Below, piece after piece: positions 58,239-64,000 of a stretch of 64,000 nt of DNA. The translations under genes were made by a program, and so were the position numbers. Position 1 is the first letter of the stretch; each line of letters opens with the position of its first letter. Below the pieces are notes generated by a model. That model saw only the letters and a program-made list of their open reading frames with translations, did no database searches and was not told the DNA's origin. The stretch spans positions 2,488 to 66,487 of the forward strand of contig JAERRO010000006.1 in the NCBI GenBank assembly GCA_016735395.1, read 5' to 3'. The stretch is from Alphaproteobacteria bacterium (GTDB lineage: Bacteria; Pseudomonadota; Alphaproteobacteria; Rs-D84; JAERRO01).

Positions 58239-60752
58239 ATGGTAAAAACGAAACTAAACAACCCAATGATAGAGACAATAAAGATGGGTTCTAGTGAAAT
58301 TAAATTAGAGACAGGGCGAGTAGCGAAGTTATCGAAGGGTAGTGTATTAGCTACTTGGGGAGAAACAGTGGTATTAGCAACAGTAGTTTCTGCTAAAGAG
58401 GCAAAAGCAGGTCAAGACTTTTTCCCATTGAGTGTTCATTATCAAGAAAGATTTAGCTCAATAGGTCAATTCCCTAAAGGCTATATAAAAAGAGAAACTA
58501 AACCTACTGATGGAGAAGTATTAAAAAGCCGTTTAATAGACAGAGCATTGAGACCATTATTTCCGTCTACATATTTCAACGAAGTTCAAGTAATAATTAC
58601 TGTATATAGTTTTGATGGCGAACATGCTAGCGATATTCTAGCTGGTATTGCTGCTAGTGCTGCCGTTAGTATCTCTGGCATACCTTTTGCTGGACCTGTT
58701 GCTTTTAGTAGAGTTGCTCAACTTGAAGGTAAACTCGTATCGAATCCTTCACTATCAGATCTTAAAGAATCTGACCTAGATCTAGTAGTTGCTGGAACTA
58801 AAGACGGTGTCTTGATGGTAGAAAGTGAAGCGAAGAGTTTAACTGAAAAGCAAATGTTAGATGCTGTAAAAGAAGGTCATAAATCTTTATCACCTATCTT
58901 AAAAGCTATTACAGCTTTAAAGAAAGCAGTAGGTACTGTTGAAGAAAAAGCTCCTGAATTGAGTAAATCTTTTCTTGATCTAGAGAAAGCTAGTGAAAAG
59001 AAATACGGAAAATCAGTTATAGAAGCCTTTAAAATAGAAACTAAACCTGAAAGATCTGAAAAATTACAAGGTATCTTGAAATTGATGATGGAAGATAATG
59101 CTAGTAAAATTGAAAGTGAAGAGTGTAGTAAAAAAGATATAGACACTATATTCGATAAATTACAGTACAAACTATTACGAGCTAGCTTAATTAAAGGCGA
59201 TGCTAGAATAGATAAAAGAGATAGTAAAACTATCCGTCCTATAGAAATAGAAACAGGAGTTCTACCTAGTAGAGTTCACGGTTCTGCATTGTTTACCAGA
59301 GGCGAAACTCAATCGTTGATGTCTGTGGTTATAGGAACAGAACAAGATGCACAAAAAGCGGACAGTATATACGGTAACACACAAGAACGATTTATGTTGC
59401 AGTACAATTTTCCAGGATTTAGTGTAGGCGAAGTTAAAAGAGTTGGAGCTGTAGGTCGAAGAGAAATAGGTCATGCAAAGTTAGCTATGAGAGCTTTGAC
59501 TCCTGTTATGCCTAGTCTAGAAGAATTCGACTATACTATTAAAGTCATCTCTGACATTACTCAGTCTAACGGTTCATCTAGTATGGCGACTGTATGTGGC
59601 GGATGTGTAGCAATGATGCATGCTGGAATACCTTTAAAATCTCCTGTAGCTGGTATCGCGATGGGTCTAATTAAAGAAGGCGAAGACTATGTTATCTTGA
59701 GTGATATTTTAGGCGATGAAGATCACCTTGGAGATATGGACTTTAAAGTAGCAGGAACTAAAGAGGGAATTACCGCTTTACAAATGGACATAAAAATAAC
59801 TTCATTAACTTTTGAGATTATGGAGAAAGCCTTAGCACAAGCTCAAGAAGGTCGACTACATATATTGGAAAAAATGATAGAAGTTCAACCGTCTGTTGGT
59901 AAATTATCTGAATATGCCCCTAGAACTGAAACTATAAAAATCAACCCGTTAAAAATAAGAGATGTTATAGGAAAAGGCGGAGCGGTTATCCAAAAGATAA
60001 GTGCTGAAAGTCAAGCTACTATAAACATTGAAGATGACGGAACTATATCTATATCTGGAACAAATCCTGATTATATATCTAGTGCTAAAGAAATGATAAA
60101 AGCTATTACTGCTGAAGCAGAAGCTGGTAAAGTATACGAAGGTACTGTTGTCAGTATTAAAGATTTTGGTGCTTTCATCAGATTCTTTGAAGCTCAAGAA
60201 GGACTAGTCCATATATCTAATATCTTACCTAATGGCGAACATCTAGTAAATGTCGAAGATGCTTTAGAAGAAGGTCAAAAAGTTAAAGTTTACTTTAGCG
60301 GAGTAGATAATAAAGGCAGATCTAAATTGAGTATGAGCTATGTAGAGCAGTCAAGTGGAGAATTACTTCCAGGCTACGACAAAGTTGATGAAAGAAAAGA
60401 AAGAAGCGGAGGTCGCGACAACCGTGGCGGAAGCAGAGGCGGATACAACAGAGATAATCGTGGTGGAAGTCGTGATAATCGAGGTGGAAGCAGAGGCGGA
60501 TACAACAGAGACAATCGTGGTGGAAGTCGTGATAGTCGAGGTGGAAGCAGAGGCGGATACAATAGAGATGACCGAGGTGGAAGTCGTGGTAGAGACGACA
60601 GAAACGGAGGACGGAGAGACAATCGAAGTGATGACAGAAACGATCGTGGAAGTCAAAGCAGAGACAGTCGTCCTACTAGAAACTCAAAACTTTCTAGAAC
60701 ACAACCAGCTCAAGACGGATTTTTAAAGAAACTAAAAAAAGCTTTAAAATAA
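58239..60752 (+). CDS. pnp: Polyribonucleotide nucleotidyltransferase (PNPase) with a ~90-aa RGG/RGGY-repeat C-terminal extension
   Basis: Two RNase PH domains, a KH domain (IRDVIGKGGAVIQKI) and an S1 domain (VYEGTVVSIKDFGAFIRF) end at about residue 700. They are followed by DNRGGSRGGYNRDNRGGSRDN... repeats. Confidence 0.9.
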   Translation: MVKTKLNNPMIETIKMGSSEIKLETGRVAKLSKGSVLATWGETVVLATVVSAKEAKAGQDFFPLSVHYQERFSSIGQFPKGYIKRETKPTDGEVLKSRLIDRALRPLFPSTYFNEVQVIITVYSFDGEHASDILAGIAASAAVSISGIPFAGPVAFSRVAQLEGKLVSNPSLSDLKESDLDLVVAGTKDGVLMVESEAKSLTEKQMLDAVKEGHKSLSPILKAITALKKAVGTVEEKAPELSKSFLDLEKASEKKYGKSVIEAFKIETKPERSEKLQGILKLMMEDNASKIESEECSKKDIDTIFDKLQYKLLRASLIKGDARIDKRDSKTIRPIEIETGVLPSRVHGSALFTRGETQSLMSVVIGTEQDAQKADSIYGNTQERFMLQYNFPGFSVGEVKRVGAVGRREIGHAKLAMRALTPVMPSLEEFDYTIKVISDITQSNGSSSMATVCGGCVAMMHAGIPLKSPVAGIAMGLIKEGEDYVILSDILGDEDHLGDMDFKVAGTKEGITALQMDIKITSLTFEIMEKALAQAQEGRLHILEKMIEVQPSVGKLSEYAPRTETIKINPLKIRDVIGKGGAVIQKISAESQATINIEDDGTISISGTNPDYISSAKEMIKAITAEAEAGKVYEGTVVSIKDFGAFIRFFEAQEGLVHISNILPNGEHLVNVEDALEEGQKVKVYFSGVDNKGRSKLSMSYVEQSSGELLPGYDKVDERKERSGGRDNRGGSRGGYNRDNRGGSRDNRGGSRGGYNRDNRGGSRDSRGGSRGGYNRDDRGGSRGRDDRNGGRRDNRSDDRNDRGSQSRDSRPTRNSKLSRTQPAQDGFLKKLKKALK
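60423..60593 (+). repeat. Three tandem 57-bp in-frame repeats (units at 60423, 60480, 60537) inside the pnp 3' end
   Basis: The units cgtggcggaagcagaggcggatacaacagagataatcgtggtggaagtcgtgataat, cgaggtggaagcagaggcggatacaacagagacaatcgtggtggaagtcgtgatagt and cgaggtggaagcagaggcggatacaatagagatgaccgaggtggaagtcgtggtaga are about 90% identical. Each encodes RGGSRGGYNRD(N/D)RGGSR... Confidence 0.85.
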
Positions 60753-60764
60753 ATCCAAAATAAT

Positions 60765-60797
60765 AGAGGCGATTTTTTCGCCTCTATATTTTTTTAA
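60765..60797 (+). terminator. Rho-independent terminator after pnp
   Basis: The stem agaggcg(a)/(t)cgcctct has a T-rich loop and is followed by ATATTTTTTT. Confidence 0.65.
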
Positions 60798-60812
60798 AAG
60801 AAAAGGATATTT

Positions 60813-61370
60813 ATGTTTAACACATTTTTCAGCAGACTAGAGGAAGAGTTTAAAAAAACTTTGATACATTTTGAAACTACAATACAGACTTTAAGAACTG
60901 GTAGAGCTCATATATCTGTACTGGACAATATTCTAGTCAACTCTTACGACAATATGGTTCCCCTAGATCAAGTAGGGTCTTTATCTGCACCGGATGCTCA
61001 AACGATAGCTATATCAGTGTGGGATAAAAGTATGATAGCTCCTATAATGAATGCTATCCGAGAGTCAGATTTAGGGTTAAATCCTACTAACGATTCTACT
61101 TTGATACGAATTCCGATGCCTCGTCCTACGGAAGAGAGGAGATTAGAATTGACAAAAACTTTAGACAAATATGCTGAAGAAAGTCGAATATCATTAAGAC
61201 ACACTAGACAAAATTTCATAAACGAGTTAAAGAGATTAGAGAAGGACAAAGAGATATCCGAAGACGACAGGAAAGTTAGCGAGAAAGAGATACAGAGTCT
61301 CTTGGAAAAACATAGTTCTCTAATAGAAGAAAAGAGTAAAGAGAAGAAAACGGACATAATGCAGGTATAA
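60813..61370 (+). CDS. frr: Ribosome recycling factor
   Basis: 185 aa. The RRF pattern is present (...LRTGRAHISVLDNILV...IRIPMPRPTEERR...). Confidence 0.9.
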   Translation: MFNTFFSRLEEEFKKTLIHFETTIQTLRTGRAHISVLDNILVNSYDNMVPLDQVGSLSAPDAQTIAISVWDKSMIAPIMNAIRESDLGLNPTNDSTLIRIPMPRPTEERRLELTKTLDKYAEESRISLRHTRQNFINELKRLEKDKEISEDDRKVSEKEIQSLLEKHSSLIEEKSKEKKTDIMQV

Positions 61371-61372
61371 GT

Positions 61373-62158
61373 ATGCCTAATAAAGAGAGAACAAATCATA
61401 TAGGTTTTATCTGTGATGGAAACGGCAGATGGGCTAAAAGCAAGAATAAAATCCGCATAGAAGGACATCTAGCGGGAATGTCTTCTAGCATATGGAAGAC
61501 ATTGATAAATTGGGGAAAGTCTAACAAATATAGTCATATGTCTTTCTACATATTTTCCACAGAGAATTGGAATCGTCCAAAATTAGAAGTATCGTACTTG
61601 ATGCTACTCTTTCAAGAATTGTCTAGCGGTTCGAAGTGGAGAAAATTGATGAGAGATAACGATACTAAAGTTAATTTTATAGGAGAAGAAGTCGGCTTAA
61701 AAAGATCGTTATTAAAAAGTATGCGAGAGATAGAAGAAATCACAAAAAACAATAAAGGCATAAACTTAACATTTTGTATGAATTACGGTGGTAAAGCAGA
61801 TATATTACAGGCGGTTAATAAATGTATAGCCATCGGCAAAACGGAGATAAACGAGAAAGAGTTTGAGAAACATTTAAGGGGGGATCTTCCTATGATAGAT
61901 ATTTTGGTCCGTACTGGAGGTTCTAGTAGAACTAGCAACTTTTTACCGTGGCATATTACCTATGCAGATATGTATTTTCCTTCTTGGTATTGGCCGGAAT
62001 TAGACAGAGAAAAATTAGATCTATTGACTATCGACATAGATAAAAGAAAACGAAGATTCGGCGGTATAGGTGAAGAAGAATATTCGGGGTGTGAGGATAA
62101 AGCGAGCGAGATGGTGGAAGAGAAAACTAAAGAGTTAAAGGCTCAAGGTATATTATAA
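61373..62158 (+). CDS. uppS: Undecaprenyl pyrophosphate synthase (cis-prenyltransferase)
   Basis: HIGFICDGNGRWA matches the HxxxIxDGNxRxA motif, and FSTENWNRP is also present. It lies immediately after frr. Confidence 0.85.
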   Translation: MPNKERTNHIGFICDGNGRWAKSKNKIRIEGHLAGMSSSIWKTLINWGKSNKYSHMSFYIFSTENWNRPKLEVSYLMLLFQELSSGSKWRKLMRDNDTKVNFIGEEVGLKRSLLKSMREIEEITKNNKGINLTFCMNYGGKADILQAVNKCIAIGKTEINEKEFEKHLRGDLPMIDILVRTGGSSRTSNFLPWHITYADMYFPSWYWPELDREKLDLLTIDIDKRKRRFGGIGEEEYSGCEDKASEMVEEKTKELKAQGIL

Positions 62159-62220
62159 ATTAGTTGAAATAGGCAAAAAAATATTACATAATATAGCAGA
62201 CTATTATAAAAGGAAATAAA

Positions 62221-62739
62221 ATGCCGATTGAAAGGACTACATTTAAACTCGAAGAGATTAAAAAATACATACAACATAGGGATCCATTTTTATTGATAGA
62301 CGAGGTATCTTGTGATCCAAAAGACATAGTTTCTGAAGATCTAAACGAAGCAGAACGATTAGCCTTTACAGATTCTAAAGCTGGCGATCTGATAATAAAA
62401 TCGAAAAAATTCATAGATCCCAAGATGGATATTTTCAGAGGACATTTTCCTGACTACCCTATTTTACCAGGGGTTTTGAGTCTAGAAGCGATGGCACAAA
62501 CGGCTTGTTTTTTCGTATTCTATACACTAGGACGACCGAACGGGTTAGCCTTTTTCACTCATATAGACGGTGCGAAGTTCAAGCATCCTGTTCACCCTGG
62601 GGACACATTAGAGATGGAAATAAAATACACATGTAGGAAAAGGCAATTTTGGATATTCGAGGGGAAGTCATTTGTAAACGGAAATTTATCTAGTCAAGCG
62701 AGTTTTAAAGCTTTTGTTTCTGAAAAAGAGGACAAATAG
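62221..62739 (+). CDS. fabZ: 3-hydroxyacyl-ACP dehydratase FabZ
   Basis: Hotdog-fold motifs are present: HRDPFLLID, FRGHFPDYPILPGVL and LEAMAQ. Confidence 0.85.
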   Translation: MPIERTTFKLEEIKKYIQHRDPFLLIDEVSCDPKDIVSEDLNEAERLAFTDSKAGDLIIKSKKFIDPKMDIFRGHFPDYPILPGVLSLEAMAQTACFFVFYTLGRPNGLAFFTHIDGAKFKHPVHPGDTLEMEIKYTCRKRQFWIFEGKSFVNGNLSSQASFKAFVSEKEDK

Positions 62740-62743
62740 AATA

Positions 62744-63553
62744 ATGAACGATATTCACCCGACTGCTCAAATAGATAAAACAGTTAATCTTGGAAACGGT
62801 ATTTCTATTGGAGCATTCAGTGTTATCAGAGGATATGTCGATATAGGTGATAATGTAGTTATATCTACCCATGTATTGGTGGAAGGGCAAAAAGATGGGC
62901 CTACTGAAATAGGCGATTACACTAAGATATTTTCGTATGCAACGATAGGGACGATGAGTCAAGATCTAAAATGGCAGGAGGAAAGACATAATACTGGGGT
63001 TAAAATAGGCAGTCATTGTAATATCCGCGAGTATGTCTCTATTCATAGTGGTACTCCGGCTAGTTCTGGTACAACTATAGGAGATAGGTGTAGTTTATTG
63101 GCATATTCTCATATAGGACACGATGCAGAGTTAGGGATAGGTGTAGTTCTATCAAATTCCGTTCAAATTGCAGGTCATTGCATACTAGAAGACGATTGTA
63201 TTGTGAGTGCATCTAGTGGAGTCGCTCAATTCATCAGAATAGGCAATTTATCGTTTATCGCGGGCTACAGCACTGTTGCAAGCGATGTTCCTCCTTACAG
63301 TATAGTTCAGGGTCAGTTAGCGACATTTAGGACTATAAACAGAGTCGGTCTAAACAGATCAGGTGTCGCCAGAGAGGAGGTTTTATCAATATCAAAGTCT
63401 TACGATAAAATTTATAATAGTGATAGTCCTCTATTGGATAATATAAAAAACTTGAGTAAAGGACAAACGAGCCCTTATATATTAAATATAATAGACTTTA
63501 TTAAAAAGAGATCTAAAAACGGAATTAGCAAACATAGCAAGATGAATGTATGA
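62744..63553 (+). CDS. lpxA: UDP-N-acetylglucosamine acyltransferase LpxA. The ORF track starts at 62714, but the likely start is the internal ATG.
   Basis: MNDIHPTAQIDKTVNLGNGISIGAFSVIRG shows hexapeptide repeats throughout. Its stop overlaps the next gene's start as ATGA. Confidence 0.8.
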   Translation: MNDIHPTAQIDKTVNLGNGISIGAFSVIRGYVDIGDNVVISTHVLVEGQKDGPTEIGDYTKIFSYATIGTMSQDLKWQEERHNTGVKIGSHCNIREYVSIHSGTPASSGTTIGDRCSLLAYSHIGHDAELGIGVVLSNSVQIAGHCILEDDCIVSASSGVAQFIRIGNLSFIAGYSTVASDVPPYSIVQGQLATFRTINRVGLNRSGVAREEVLSISKSYDKIYNSDSPLLDNIKNLSKGQTSPYILNIIDFIKKRSKNGISKHSKMNV

Positions 63554-64000
63554 GCTTCGACAGATTGTGTCTAGTTTTAGGGACTGTTGGACCTTTAGAG
63601 AAACGGGTGTTGAGGCTATTACAAAAAAAATTTAATCTCTGTGTTATAAGTTGTCAAAACGAGTTAAAATTAGAGGGGCAGATCTTAATTAAAAGTGTCC
63701 TAGATATAAAGAAAGAGCTAAACAAATTATCAAAAGAAGGTTATGAGGAAGTATTATTCATAGGCAAATTTGACCGCCCTAGCCTTCTAGAAATTTTTCG
63801 CCCTAGAATATCGACGATTCGCAGTATATTCTACTATATAACTAGATCTAATCGCGGGGACAACAATTTATTTGAAGCTATAGAATGTCTACTTATAAAA
63901 GAAGGGTGGAAACTCCGAAGTGTAGCGACATTATTACCAAATTTATTAGGAAAAAGGAAATTACTTACTAAAAGAAAAAGTCCTAGCTGGATAAATACAA
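63550..64000 (+). CDS. lpxI: LpxI-like (DUF1009) UDP-2,3-diacylglucosamine pyrophosphatase, 5' part; it runs off the window
   Basis: Hand translation gives MSFDRLCLVLGTVGPLEKRVL...EVLFIGKFDRPSL...LIKEGWKLRSVATLLPNLLGKRKLL, which aligns with the alphaproteobacterial LpxI N-terminal half. It follows lpxA as in alphaproteobacteria. Confidence 0.5.
   Translation, partial: MSFDRLCLVLGTVGPLEKRVLRLLQKKFNLCVISCQNELKLEGQILIKSVLDIKKELNKLSKEGYEEVLFIGKFDRPSLLEIFRPRISTIRSIFYYITRSNRGDNNLFEAIECLLIKEGWKLRSVATLLPNLLGKRKLLTKRKSPSWINT

Noticed and set aside
60363-60656. Two overlapping minus-strand ORFs (Ser/Thr/Val-rich and Leu/Pro-rich) opposite the pnp tail
   Set aside because: They are artefacts of the 57-bp tandem repeat, whose reverse complement lacks stops. 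Their low-complexity periodic proteins mirror the RGG repeat.
1-64000. CRISPR arrays, IS elements, transposases, integrases other than xerD, and prophage genes
   Set aside because: No direct-repeat/spacer architecture and no transposase or phage-like ORFs were seen. xerD has the chromosomal dimer-resolution form and context, not an integron or phage integrase.

Overview
This window is from a visibly AT-rich, compact Gram-negative genome with no transposases, CRISPR arrays or prophage genes. The gene content and order (tRNA-Trp-secE-nusG-rplKAJL-rpoBC, eukaryote-type ileS, zauP-zapA pair, lpxA-lpxI, lolCDE, mlaEF, lptF/G) point to a reduced alphaproteobacterial, Rickettsiales-like endosymbiont. 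Almost all of it is core housekeeping: lysS (partial), kdsB, mnmE, rpoB/rpoC, ribosomal proteins, rpoH, xerD, ftsK, tatA, greA, tsaE, ileS, uvrD, dnaX-ybaB, tyrS, lepA, clpPX, truB-rpsO-pnp, frr-uppS-fabZ-lpxA-lpxI. Three tRNAs are present: Glu-TTC, Trp-CCA and Gln-TTG.

The non-core content that deserves attention is:
1. An apparent anaerobic-metabolism island (rubrerythrin, nrdG, nrdD) sitting between tRNA-Trp/secE and rpoH.
2. A tightly linked mini-lipoprotein plus VirB2/TrbC-like pilin pair next to xerD.
3. An RGG/RGGY repeat tail on PNPase, encoded by three tandem 57-bp repeats.
4. Several orphan hypothetical proteins: a 348-aa ORF beside tRNA-Gln, a 546-aa repeat-bearing lipoprotein, a 173-aa secreted Cys-containing protein, and a 290-aa secreted protein.
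5. Two tandem TPR proteins.
6. Two core genes (uvrD, cvpA) whose conserved N-termini lie upstream of any ATG/GTG/TTG codon, implying ATT/ATC initiation or N-terminal decay.
7. Two small lipoprotein ORFs below the 60-aa ORF-track cutoff, one with strong promoter and SD signals.

All calls rest on reading translations by eye and on motif recognition. No database searches were possible.
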